Origin: an uncultured Alphaproteobacteria bacterium
Lineage (GTDB): Bacteria > Pseudomonadota > Alphaproteobacteria > JAPOUT01 > G958296285
NCBI GenBank assembly: GCA_958296285.1
Contig: OY282459.1
Coordinates: 1,604,999-1,668,998, forward strand
Direction of reading: 5' to 3'
DNA: 64,000 bases
Numbering within the stretch: the first letter of the stretch is position 1; the number at the start of each line of letters is the position of its first letter. Under the pieces are notes generated by a model. It saw only the letters and a list, made by a program, of their open reading frames with translations. It was not told the origin of the DNA and searched no databases. Positions 1-9,892 of the stretch are shown one piece after another. Both the position numbers and the translations under genes were made by a program.

Positions 1-3000
1 CCTGCGCCTGTGGAGAAACTGCCTGTGAAGTTGGCGTCCGCGGCGTTTTCAAAGAGGTCGTTGCCTGTTCCGCTGAGGAAATTGCCGATGATTGTTCCCG
101 CGTTGCTTGCCCTGTTGCCGAGCCAGTTTGAGAGGCTGATGGCGCGATTGGTCGCGGCGGCGGTGTTGGAGGAATCCATGATGATGGCGCGTGTCGCGGA
201 TGATCTCGCGCGGATGGTCGCGCCTGCGGCGACATCCAGCGTCAGCTGCCCGGAGCCGGAGAAAAGCCTGACGACAGCGATGCGGCTTCCCTGGTTTCCT
301 GACGCACTATGGGTTCCGCCGTCAATGTCTATATGCGCCGTTCCCGTTCCTGAGGCGCTTGCGTCTATAGCGATGCTTTCGGTGCCTGTCGTGGAGGCGT
401 TCGCGGTCACGTCCATCGTGATATTGCCGCCTGTGCTACTTGCGGAGATGGCGTGGCTTGAGGCGGAGCCTGTGGAGACTGCGCCTGCGATATTCATGGA
501 GATATCTCCGCCGCCGCTGGCGCGGATGGCGTGCTCGCTGCCGCTTGTTCCCGTTGTGGAGATAGCCGCATCGCTGTCGGTGGTGATGCGGATGGGCATG
601 GCGTTGTTTCCTGTGGCGAGGCTGAGGGCTATTCCGCTTGTCGCGTTGATTCTGCCTTGCATGACGTGGATTTCGCTTCCCGCGCCCGTGAGTCTGATGG
701 ATGGCGTTGTGGCAGGGGTATCGTAGATGATGGCGAGGCGGCTGATATTTGTGGCGATTCCGCCGCTATATCCTGCGGCGTTGTCGCAGACGACCTGTCG
801 GTTGGCGACCCCTGGAGATACGGGAACGCGGTTTTCGGTGAGTTTTCCGCAGATCATAGTTCGGTCTAATTGGAGGACGTTATCGGCGATAAAGAGGAAG
901 CCTTGGGCGCTGGAGAGGCTTCCGAGAGATGTCGCGTCTGGGAGGCTTGTCGCGGCGATAAGCGGGATTGTTCCGCTATTGGGGATGTTTCCTGCGGAGG
1001 CTGTGAGTTCCACGGTTCCCGCGGTGAAAATGGCGGAGGAGAGATCGTTGATAGAGAGGAGGGCTGATGTTGGGGCTGTTGTGGCGTTGTAGCGGAATCG
1101 TATTGTTCCGCTTGTCTGCGTGAAATTTTCAAGAAGGGTGAAGGAAACTTGCCCGCTCGCGGCGGCATGGTCTATGACGAGCGTTCCCGTATTGATGAAA
1201 CTGTCGTTTCCCGCGCCGAAATTGCTTCTTCTTTGGTTGATTGTCATAGTTCCTGCGTTTTGGACTTCGTCGTTTCTTCCGCCCATAGTGAATTGTCCTG
1301 TGAAGTTTGCGCCGGCGGCGTTTTCAAAGAGGTCTCTGCCTGCGCCGCCGATGAAGTTTCCGATGATTGTTCCCGCGTTGCTTGCTCTGTTTCCGGCCCA
1401 AATTCCTGATCCGATGGTTCTAGGGGTCATAGTTGCCCTGTTGCTGGAGGAGAAGAGGATGGCGCGGCTCGCGCTTCCTGTGGCTTGGACTGTGGCGCCT
1501 GACGCGACATCCACGGTGAGTTGTCCTGCTCCTGTTGAGATGAGGGAGATGACGGCGAAGATTCCTGCCTGGGTTCCTGAGGCGCTATGGGTTCCGCCAT
1601 CAATATCCAGATGGATTCCGCCTGTATTTGTGTTCGTGGCGAAGAAGGCGGAGCTGAGTTCTCCAATGGCGGAGCTATTTCCGGCGAGGGATGCGGTGAT
1701 ATTGTTGCCTGCGTTATTCACTCCGGAGATTCGCGCGAAGATGGCGTGTCGGGCGGCGCCTGTGTCTGTGTTCATGACGCTGGTTCCCGCGGCGGTTGTG
1801 ATGCGAAGCGGGCTGACATTTTCTGTTGGGTCTATGCTGATGGCGGCGCCTCCGATGTCTTCTGGCGTTTTGATGATGGGGCTTGCGCCGGCTTGGACAT
1901 GGATTTCGCCTCCGCCATTGAGTTGTCGTATGAAGGGCGTTCCTGTGGCGGTGGCGCTATAGAGAATGGCGAGATTATCCACCGCGGCCGTTATGCCGCT
2001 GGCGTAGGCTTCTGCGAGGGATGCGTCGCAGACGACCTGTCTTGTGGCGACTCCTGGGGCTTGGGGGACTCGTGTGGTGAGGAGTTTGCCGCAAACTCTA
2101 GCGCCGACTATTCTGGTCAGGGTGAGTTGCAGGATGGAAGTCGCGCCGCTTGAGACGATGCTAAGGGTTCCGAAATCAGGATTGACGAGTCCGCCTAATG
2201 TGGCGAGGCTGGGATTTTCTATGAGTTGGATGACGGATCCGATGGGGAGTTCTCCGCGGAGCGGCTGAAGTTCTATGGTTCCGGCGATAAAATTGGGCAT
2301 TCCGCTGAGTCTCATAAGAGGCTCGTTGGGGGGCATATTCACGCCGCTGCCTGTGGGGTTGAAGAGGAAGCGGAGGATTCCGCTTTGGGATGGCGTGGTT
2401 TGTCCGAGGATGAAATCGGAGAGGTTGGAGAGGACGATCTGTCCGCTCTGTGCATAATTAATGACGAATGTTCCTGTGCTTGTGAGTCTGTTTCTTTGGG
2501 CGGGCATGGAAGGGTCTGTGAGCGTTCCGAAATTGGAGGTTCCGGCGAGGGTCATAGTTCCTGTGTTGGTGATGGTTCGTCCTTGCGGGCCGTTGGCGAA
2601 GGAGAAGTTTCCCGTAAATTCTCCATCATTGGCGAAGGTGATTGCTGGTCCGCTGAGGGTGAGAGTTCCTTGGATCATGCCGCCTCTTCTATTGGCGATG
2701 GTTTCCAGCCCTGTGATGCGGGCTCCTGATTGTGTGGTGATGAGTCCCGTATTGATGATGCTGTCGGCGCCGGTTCCGAAGTCGGATGTGCCGAAGAAGC
2801 TTATGACTCCTATATTGGTGATTTGGTCGTCTCCGCCTGCGAGAGAGACGTTTATTTCCATCATGCCGCCGCTATTATTGACGATATGGTCTTTGAAGTT
2901 GGCATTGGCGCCGCTTGCGATGACGCTGGCGATTTCTCCTCCGATTATTCCCGCGTTTGTGAGGATATGGGCGAAAGTTTCGGTTCCTGTGAAGGCGGCG

Positions 3001-6000
3001 AGGTTGCCGCGCTGAAAGAGGACGGCTCGGATTCCGGTTCCCGTTCTGTTGCGGGCGCAGTTATGGATGCCGGCCTGTGTGGAGACAGCGCCGGCGCAGA
3101 CGATATTGCCTGGGCGAACATCAAGGTTGAAATGCGGCGCGGCGAGATCGGATCGGAGGCGGATTGCGGCGGCATTGTCGCCGAAGACGGAGACTCGCGC
3201 GCCTGTTCCGGCGATATCTACGTTGATATCTCCATGTCTGCCGCGCGCGTTGGCGTCTATGGCGTGGGAGGAAGCGCCCGCCGTTCTGACGACTGCCGCG
3301 CCGCCTATGTCTATGTTGATTGTCCCGGCGGCGTCTGCGGAGATTCCGTGGACATTCATTCCGAAACTGTCTATGAAGGCGTTCCCAGCGAGTTCCACCG
3401 TGACGCTTTCCAGTAAGGATTGCGCGCGGATGGCGTAATCATTCACGCCTATTTTGAAGACGCTGCCCTCTATTTTGACGGAGACGTCTCCCCAGCTTTC
3501 GGCGAGGATAGCGGGATTATTGGCTCTGGCTCTATTGTCTCTATTGGCGATGAGGGTTCCTGAGGCGGTTGTGATGGCGATGGGTTTTTGTCTGGCGGCG
3601 GAGGAGTTTGTCCTGATGCTGAGAGCGGCGCCCGGGTTGAGGTCTGCGGATTTGACGATTTGGCTCGCATTTTGGCGGATATGGATTTCGCCGCCGAGTC
3701 CTGTATGGCGGATGAAGGGGGTTTCGGTGATTTTGGAGATTCCGAGCGAGGCGGCGAGGGCTTCTGTCGGGGCTTGGGTTCGGGCGTTGAGGGCGGTCAG
3801 TTCGTCCGCGGTGGCGTCGTCATCCACTTGGAAGATGTTTCCGTCCACATGGAATCTTTCGCCTCGCGCGTAGTTTGTTGCGTTGCTCCATGGGTTTGCG
3901 GCGGGGGCTGTCGGGGTATAGAGCATAGCGAGGTCGTTTTGGCTCTCTGATATTCCGGCGAGAAGGATGTCGTCGCAGAGGACTTGGAATCGGGTTATTC
4001 CGGGGGGAATGGGCGTTGTTCCGATGGAAGTCGCGATATTTCCGCCGCAATATGCGTTGGGGTTTATGAAGGTGATTTGGAGGGCGTTTCCGCTGATGGC
4101 GAGGGTGGCGGGCGTTCCTAATGCGAGAGCGAGCGTTCCGAGGTTTGTGGATGAGGAGATTGCGGTTCCTGTGATAAGATCCAGCGTTCCGGAGGTTGGG
4201 AAGGCTCCTGCCGTGGCGATGATTTCTATTGTTCCGGCGGTGAAGGTTGGCGCTGCCGTGCCTAGATTGAGGAGGGCTTGGGTGAAGGATGCGAGGGTTC
4301 TTGTTCCGCCGAAATCCATTCGGAATCGGAGCATTCCGCTTGTTTGGACGAAGTTTTCAAGATTGGCGAGTGAGATTTGGGCGTCTCCCGCCGCGTCATG
4401 GTCTATGACAAGAAGGCTTCTATTTTCCAGCCTGTCCGTTCCGGCTCCGAAATTGGATGACGCGTTGAGGGTGAGCGTTCCTGCATTTTGGATTTCGTTT
4501 TCGCCTGCGCCCATCGTGAAACTGCCGGTGAAACTGCCGCCCGCCCTATTCTCAAAGAGGAGATCGCCGCTGAAGATGTTGTGCAAAGCGCCGAGGATTC
4601 TGCCGCTATTGCTGATTCTGCTGCCTGTCCAATCGCCCGATCCGATGCTGCGCGGGGTTGTCGTGGCGGTGTTGAAGGATTCTATGTAAATCGCGTGGGT
4701 CGCCGATCCTCTTGCTTCCACGCTGGCATTGGCGGCGACATCCATTGTGATCTGTCCTCTTTGGGTCTTGAGCAAGACGACAGCGAAGTCCGCCCTTGCC
4801 TGCGCGCCTGACGAACTGTGCGCGCCGCCGAGGATATTCAGATGAACCTCGCCTCCTTCTTGGGTTTGGGCGAATATGGCGTTGCTGTTCGCGCCTGTGG
4901 TGGAGGCGTTTCCGGTGATGTCTATTGTGATGTCGCTGGCTTCTCCCCCCACGGACTCCGCGAAGATGGCTTGGCTGTTGGAGCCTGCGGTGGAGGCGTT
5001 GCCTTTGATGTCCAGCGATATGCGTCCGCCGTTCTGAGCGTGAATGGCATGGCTGCTATTGCGGGTGTCTTGATTGGAGACGGTCGTTCCTGCGGCGGTT
5101 GTGATGGCGATAGGTTCTGAGAAAGCTGTGAAGAGGTTGACCGCCGCGCCTGCGCTTTCGGCGCTGGTTTTGAGAATGGGACTTGCGCCGGCGCGGATAT
5201 GGATTTCGCCGCCTACGCCCGTATGACGAATGAAGGGCGTTCTGACGGAGGTGATTCCGAGCGAGGCGGCAAGAGCTTCTGTCGGGGCTTGGGTTCGGGC
5301 GTTGAGGGCGATGAGTTCGTCCACGGTGGCGTCGTCATCCACTTGGAAGGTGAGGCTTCCTATTCGGAAACTGTCGCCTTTGGCGTATATTACGTCGCTT
5401 CGCCATGGATTTGCGTATGCGGCATAGAGGATTGCGAGTCTGAAGGCGCTTTCGGAGATTCCTGCTGGAACGATCTCGTCGCAGAGGACTTGGAATCGGG
5501 CGATTCCTGGGGCGATGGGGGCGTTTCCTGTGGTGGCGAAGTTTCTGCCGCAGAAAGGCGTTGGCGGGGCGAAGGTGATTTGGAGGACATTGCTGGAGAG
5601 GGCGAGACTTCCATAGAGTCCTGGCGTGAGGAAGAGGAGCGCGGGGGAAACGTTGAGGTTCGCGGCGCTGACGAGGTTGAGGGTTCCGGAGGTTGGGATT
5701 TCTCCTTCGGCGGCGATGACGTCCAGCAAGATTCCTGTGGAAATGGTTGAGGTTCCGCTTCCTAGATTGAGGAGGGGCTGCGTGAAGGATGCGAGGCTTC
5801 TGCCGGGCGCGAGATTGATTCGGAATCGGAGCGTTCCTGTCGTGAAGGTGAAACTTTCCAAACCTGCGAAGTTGATTTGGGCGTTTGCGTTGGCGGCGTG
5901 GTCTATGGTGAGGGTTCCCGTATGTTGATTGATGAAACTGTCGGTTCCGCTTCCGAAATCGGCATTTCCATTGATTGTGAAGAATCCTTCATTTCGGATT

Positions 6001-9000
6001 TCGTCATTTCCTGCGCCCATGCTGATTCCGCCTGTGAAGCGCGCTGTCGCGGTATTCTCAAAGAGGTCTGCGCCCGATTCGCTTATGAGATTGCCTATGA
6101 TTTCGCCTCTATTGGTGATTCTGTTTCCCGTCCAGCTGCCTGTTCCGATTGCGCGGGAGGTCATGGAGGCGGCGTTGCTGGAGTTGAGACGGATCGCGCG
6201 CCTTCCGCTGCCCATAGTTCTGACGGCGGTGTTTTGAGCGATGTCCAAGGTGATTTGTCCGCCGTTTGACGAGAGAACGATTGTCGCCGCATTCGCGTTG
6301 GTTTGCGCTCCGGAGGAGCTGTAGGTTCCTGCGCGGAGATTTACGCTCACCCTTCCCGCCATTGCGCTTGTTGCGGAGATTGCGCTGCTGTCGCCGCCTG
6401 CGGTGGAGACATTGCCGCTGAGATCCAGGGAGATTCTGGATGCGTCGGCGCTTGCGGCGAGGATCGCGTGATTGAGGTTTCTGGCGTCTTGGTTAGAGAT
6501 CGTTGTTCCTGCGGCGGTTGTGATGACGATAGATCCCGTATCGGCGTTTATGCTGAGAGCGTTCCCTTGGGCTTGGGCGCTGGTTTTGGTGATTGTCCCC
6601 TGCGTGATATGGATTTCGCCGCGATTGCCTGAATGTCGGATGAAGGGCGTTCCTGTGGCTGGGCTGTCATAGATGATGGCGAGATTGTCTTCGCCTGTGG
6701 CGATTCCTGCGGAAAAGACTCCGTTTCTTTGGGAGTTGCAGGAGACTTGTCTGGTGGCGGTTCCTGGCGAGACGGCTTGGCGGGTTGTGATGGGGCTTCC
6801 GCAGATGAGTTGGTTGAGGACAAATTCCAATGCCAAGACGCCTTCCAGACTTAGGCGGAATTGGCCGTAGGAGCTGGTTAGCACTATCGTGCTGAGGTCT
6901 CTGCCTTCAATAAGCCTTATGACGGTGCCGGCGGCGAAGTTTCGTCCTGTGTCTATTTCTATGCTTCCTCCGCTGATTCTCGCCCTCGCCCCGCCCGTAT
7001 TGAGGATCGCGGATGCGGGCGGGGTGTCCTGATCTAGGGCGAAGACAATCGCTCCTGCTGTATGGTTGAAGTTCTCCAGATTCGTGATTTGAATTTGTCT
7101 GTTTCCGTTCGCGGCGTAATCTATGAGGAGCCTTCCCGTATTGACGAAATTGTCGGTTCCGCTTCCGAAATCACCGTTTCCGTTGATAATCATGGTTCCG
7201 GCGTTTCGGACTTCGTCATTTCCGGCGCCCATAGTGATCGTTCCTGTGAATTGTCCTGTGGCGGTATTTTCCAACAGGTCGTTTCCGGCGCCGCCGAGGA
7301 AGTCTCCGATGATTGTTCCTCTATTGGTGGCTCTATTGCCTGCCCACATTCCCGTTGTGATGGTTCTGGGGGTTGTCGCGGCGCGGTTGCTGGATTGGAT
7401 GAGGATCGCGCGCTCGGCGCTGCCGATGGCTTGGATGGCGGCGTCTGAGGCGATGTCCAAGGTGAGCAGGCCTGATCCTGACATCATGGTGATAATGGCG
7501 GTGTTCGCGTCCTGCATTCCTGACGCGCTATGGATTCCGCCGTTGATATTCACATCCACTCTTCCTGCGCCTGTTGTGGTGGCGAAGATTGTGTTGGCGT
7601 TCTGTCCTGCTGTGGCGGTATTTCCGCTGAGGTCTAGGAAGATATTGGCGGCGGCGGAGCTTCTAGCGCGGATGGCGTGGTTATTGTTTCCTGCTGTGTT
7701 TTGGTTGGCGATGAATGTGTTTGGGGCTGTGGTGATTCGGATGGGGTTCGCGCCTGAGGAGAGGATGCTGACGGCTTCGGTATCGGATTCCGTTCCTGTT
7801 CGGACGATAGATCCCTGCATGACATGGATTTCGCCGCCGTCGCCTGTATGTTGGATGAAGGAGGTTCCTGTGGCGGGGCTGTCATAGATGATGGCGAGGA
7901 AATTGTCGCTGCTTGTGATTCCTTCGCTATAGATTCCATTTCTTTGGGAATCGCAGATGGCTTCTCTGTTTGCGATTCCTGGCCCCATGATATCTCGGGA
8001 TCGGACGGGGCTTCCGCAGATGAGTTGCTGGAGCCTGATCTGCACGACTCCGCTTCCGGAGATGGAGAGCGCTCCTTGGTTTGAGGTCAATCCTCCGAGA
8101 CTTGTGAATCCGTCTGTTCGCCCTATGAGAGGAATGATGGTGTTCGCGGCGAAGGTTCCTCCTGTTTCTATTTCTATGAGTCCTTGTCTGAGGACGACCT
8201 CCGCCGCGGCCAGATGAAGGAGCGGGGATGTTGGGGGATCGTTTTCGTTCAGCCTGAATCGGAGTGTTCCGCTGTTTTGGGTGAAGATTTCCAGATTGGC
8301 GATGGAGAGGAGATTTTGGCGGCGCGTGATTCCGGCGGTGCTGTCATCAGGGGGCGTATTGAGAGCGTTGAGCGCGGTGATTTCGGCGGGGTTGCTAGAG
8401 GAGACGTCAAAGATGGCGTTTCCGACTCGGAAGACGCTTCCTGTGGCGTAAGAGTTTGTCATGCCCATCGGCGGAGCTTGCCACTCTTCTATGGCGCTGA
8501 TGACGGCGGCGTAATCTATGACGAGGATTCCTCGCCCTTGGTTGAAGAATTTGTCGCCTGCCGGTTCGTTAGGTCCGAAATCGGAGTTGGCGTTGAGCGT
8601 GAGCGTTCCTTCGTTTCGGACTTCATCCACATTGCTTGAGGAGGGAAAGAGGATCGCGCCTGTGAATTGCGCGCCTGCGGTATTTTCAAAGAGGGTGGAT
8701 CCGCCTGTGGTTCTTATATTTCCGATGATTGTTCCGGCGTTGGTGATTCGGCTGCCTCCGAACATTCCCGTTCCGATTCTTCTTGTGGTCATTCGCGTTC
8801 CGTCATTATCGCTGGCGAGGTAGATTGCGACGGTCGCGTCTCCTGCGGCTTCCACGGTCGCGCCTGATGCGATGTCCAGCGTGAAGAGTCCTCGCGCTGT
8901 ATTGGCGTCTATGACTCCTCTAATTGCGCTTCCTTCGGCTCTATGATTTCCGCCGATGATGTCCAGATCCACGATTCCCGTCCCGATCAATTGCTGATTG

Positions 9001-9710
9001 GCGATGATGGCGGGCGCTGATCTAGAGAAGGTGCTTCCTGCGAGGGTCATAAGGATATTGCCTGCGGTTTGGGCGTGGATCGCGGCGTTGGGGTTGCTTG
9101 CGCTCCCTGCGTCAGGATCGTTGTTGGCGATCATCGTATTTGGGGCGGTTATGATGCGGATGGTTCTTGTGGCGGCTGCGCCTGGCGTTATTCCGACTGT
9201 CGCGCCATCTGAGGCGCTGGCGGGCTTGACGATATTTCCGGAGAGGATGTGGATTTCGCCGCCATTGCCTGTATGGCGGAGATATTGCGCGGTTCCTGTC
9301 GCTCGGTCATAGATGATGGCGAGGCGGCTGTCGTCATAATCTATAGAGGCGTCATAAGCGGGCGCGATGTCATATTGGTCGCAGAGGATTTCCTTGTCGG
9401 CATATTGGGTGGCGGCGAGGGGTTCTGACCATCCATTGGCGGCGGTTGTTCCGTTGATTCCGCCTGGGGATCCTATGATTTCGCCTATGGCGCGATAGAC
9501 TCTCTCTGTGCCGTCTGCTGTGTGTCGGACGATTTCGCCTATTTCGTAGTCGGCGTGGTTGTAGTGAGAATATTGGACGAGTCGGGCGAGGCTTGACGGG
9601 GCGGTCGCGCCTGCGCCGCATTCATCGGCGGCGGGGGCTATTTTCGGCGCGGCGAGGATCGCGCTTGCCGCGGCGAGGGAAAAAGTTAAGAGGCGTATTT
9701 TTCCAGGCAC
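1..9710 (-). CDS. Giant secreted beta-helical repeat protein (autotransporter/adhesin-like), N-terminal >=3236 codons; ORF runs off the left window edge
   Basis: The ORF tracker accepts ATG/GTG/TTG starts yet lists no minus-strand ORF in the frame with codon low coordinate = 0 mod 3 anywhere in 1-9710, so that frame has no stop for 9.7 kb. An ORF with no in-window stop is evidently not reported. Reverse-complement translation gives a GTG start near 9710 with a Sec-like signal peptide (M)PGKIRLLTFSLAAASAILAAPKIAPAADE and an in-frame TAA just upstream. The body is Gly/Thr/Asn/Ala/Ile-rich with recurring motifs: rc of 1261-1320 = AAGANFTGQFTMGGRNDEVQ, plus GGEIHI, FENTAxAxFTG, GAGNDEVxNAGT, DFGSGTD, QVLCD, LAIIYDSPATGT, FQVDDDAT. 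Plus-strand frames 0 and 1 are the usual GC-rich antisense shadows. Confidence 0.7.
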   Translation of the reverse strand, partial: MPGKIRLLTFSLAAASAILAAPKIAPAADECGAGATAPSSLARLVQYSHYNHADYEIGEIVRHTADGTERVYRAIGEIIGSPGGINGTTAANGWSEPLAATQYADKEILCDQYDIAPAYDASIDYDDSRLAIIYDRATGTAQYLRHTGNGGEIHILSGNIVKPASASDGATVGITPGAAATRTIRIITAPNTMIANNDPDAGSASNPNAAIHAQTAGNILMTLAGSTFSRSAPAIIANQQLIGTGIVDLDIIGGNHRAEGSAIRGVIDANTARGLFTLDIASGATVEAAGDATVAIYLASDNDGTRMTTRRIGTGMFGGSRITNAGTIIGNIRTTGGSTLFENTAGAQFTGAILFPSSSNVDEVRNEGTLTLNANSDFGPNEPAGDKFFNQGRGILVIDYAAVISAIEEWQAPPMGMTNSYATGSVFRVGNAIFDVSSSNPAEITALNALNTPPDDSTAGITRRQNLLSIANLEIFTQNSGTLRFRLNENDPPTSPLLHLAAAEVVLRQGLIEIETGGTFAANTIIPLIGRTDGFTSLGGLTSNQGALSISGSGVVQIRLQQLICGSPVRSRDIMGPGIANREAICDSQRNGIYSEGITSSDNFLAIIYDSPATGTSFIQHTGDGGEIHVMQGSIVRTGTESDTEAVSILSSGANPIRITTAPNTFIANQNTAGNNNHAIRARSSAAANIFLDLSGNTATAGQNANTIFATTTGAGRVDVNINGGIHSASGMQDANTAIITMMSGSGLLTLDIASDAAIQAIGSAERAILIQSSNRAATTPRTITTGMWAGNRATNRGTIIGDFLGGAGNDLLENTATGQFTGTITMGAGNDEVRNAGTMIINGNGDFGSGTDNFVNTGRLLIDYAANGNRQIQITNLENFNHTAGAIVFALDQDTPPASAILNTGGARARISGGSIEIDTGRNFAAGTVIRLIEGRDLSTIVLTSSYGQFRLSLEGVLALEFVLNQLICGSPITTRQAVSPGTATRQVSCNSQRNGVFSAGIATGEDNLAIIYDSPATGTPFIRHSGNRGEIHITQGTITKTSAQAQGNALSINADTGSIVITTAAGTTISNQDARNLNHAILAASADASRISLDLSGNVSTAGGDSSAISATSAMAGRVSVNLRAGTYSSSGAQTNANAATIVLSSNGGQITLDIAQNTAVRTMGSGRRAIRLNSSNAASMTSRAIGTGSWTGNRITNRGEIIGNLISESGADLFENTATARFTGGISMGAGNDEIRNEGFFTINGNADFGSGTDSFINQHTGTLTIDHAANANAQINFAGLESFTFTTGTLRFRINLAPGRSLASFTQPLLNLGSGTSTISTGILLDVIAAEGEIPTSGTLNLVSAANLNVSPALLFLTPGLYGSLALSSNVLQITFAPPTPFCGRNFATTGNAPIAPGIARFQVLCDEIVPAGISESAFRLAILYAAYANPWRSDVIYAKGDSFRIGSLTFQVDDDATVDELIALNARTQAPTEALAASLGITSVRTPFIRHTGVGGEIHIRAGASPILKTSAESAGAAVNLFTAFSEPIAITTAAGTTVSNQDTRNSSHAIHAQNGGRISLDIKGNASTAGSNSQAIFAESVGGEASDITIDITGNASTTGANSNAIFAQTQEGGEVHLNILGGAHSSSGAQARADFAVVLLKTQRGQITMDVAANASVEARGSATHAIYIESFNTATTTPRSIGSGDWTGSRISNSGRILGALHNIFSGDLLFENRAGGSFTGSFTMGAGENEIQNAGTLTLNASSNFGAGTDRLENRSLLVIDHDAAGDAQISLANLENFVQTSGMLRFRMDFGGTRTLASFTQALLNLGTAAPTFTAGTIEIIATAGAFPTSGTLDLITGTAISSSTNLGTLALALGTPATLAISGNALQITFINPNAYCGGNIATSIGTTPIPPGITRFQVLCDDILLAGISESQNDLAMLYTPTAPAANPWSNATNYARGERFHVDGNIFQVDDDATADELTALNARTQAPTEALAASLGISKITETPFIRHTGLGGEIHIRQNASQIVKSADLNPGAALSIRTNSSAARQKPIAITTASGTLIANRDNRARANNPAILAESWGDVSVKIEGSVFKIGVNDYAIRAQSLLESVTVELAGNAFIDSFGMNVHGISADAAGTINIDIGGAAVVRTAGASSHAIDANARGRHGDINVDIAGTGARVSVFGDNAAAIRLRSDLAAPHFNLDVRPGNIVCAGAVSTQAGIHNCARNRTGTGIRAVLFQRGNLAAFTGTETFAHILTNAGIIGGEIASVIASGANANFKDHIVNNSGGMMEINVSLAGGDDQITNIGVISFFGTSDFGTGADSIINTGLITTQSGARITGLETIANRRGGMIQGTLTLSGPAITFANDGEFTGNFSFANGPQGRTITNTGTMTLAGTSNFGTLTDPSMPAQRNRLTSTGTFVINYAQSGQIVLSNLSDFILGQTTPSQSGILRFLFNPTGSGVNMPPNEPLMRLSGMPNFIAGTIELQPLRGELPIGSVIQLIENPSLATLGGLVNPDFGTLSIVSSGATSILQLTLTRIVGARVCGKLLTTRVPQAPGVATRQVVCDASLAEAYASGITAAVDNLAILYSATATGTPFIRQLNGGGEIHVQAGASPIIKTPEDIGGAAISIDPTENVSPLRITTAAGTSVMNTDTGAARHAIFARISGVNNAGNNITASLAGNSSAIGELSSAFFATNTNTGGIHLDIDGGTHSASGTQAGIFAVISLISTGAGQLTVDVASGATVQATGSASRAILFSSSNRATMTPRTIGSGIWAGNRASNAGTIIGNFIGGAGRDLFENAAGANFTGQFTMGGRNDEVQNAGTMTINQRRSNFGAGNDSFINTGTLVIDHAAASGQVSFTLLENFTQTSGTIRFRYNATTAPTSALLSINDLSSAIFTAGTVELTASAGNIPNSGTIPLIAATSLPDATSLGSLSSAQGFLFIADNVLQLDRTMICGKLTENRVPVSPGVANRQVVCDNAAGYSGGIATNISRLAIIYDTPATTPSIRLTGAGSEIHVMQGRINATSGIALSLATGNNAMPIRITTDSDAAISTTGTSGSEHAIRASGGGDISMNIAGAVSTGSASSHAISASSTGGNITMDVTANASTTGTESIAIDASASGTGTAHIDIDGGTHSASGNQGSRIAVVRLFSGSGQLTLDVAAGATIRARSSATRAIIMDSSNTAAATNRAISLSNWLGNRASNAGTIIGNFLSGTGNDLFENAADANFTGSFSTGA

Positions 9711-9892
9711 CGATATTCTCTCCCAAACTCTCTCCCCCCGAGAGCGGCGTTATTTTGGCGTTATGTGGCGCTATTTTTTGGCGCTATTTTGGCGCTGTTT
9801 TAAAGGAGCGTCAAGACGGCAGCCCGTTCCGAATCACATAGGCGAGAGTAGAGCATATTGTGGCTTAACTTTGCGTTAACGCAATCGCCTTT

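Noticed and set aside
10-9312. About 35 tracked plus-strand ORFs (frames 0 and 1, 60-280 aa) tiling the first 9.3 kb, e.g. 10-726, 1120-1962, 1587-2153, 3967-4689, 7123-7887
   Set aside because: Their peptides are P/L/A/V-rich or G/D/C-rich low-complexity strings interrupted by stops every 0.4-1 kb. They are the expected GC-rich shadow frames antisense to the continuous minus-strand giant ORF. Repeating motifs in them (AAFSKRSLP..., MDFA...) are reverse-complement images of the real protein repeats.
9370-9841. Minus ORF 9370-9621 (MRRRRDRPVKPRP..., Arg-rich) and TTG-initiated plus ORF 9593-9841
   Set aside because: The first is an out-of-frame antisense/offset reading inside the giant gene. 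The second spans the giant gene's start codon and promoter. Neither has protein-like composition.
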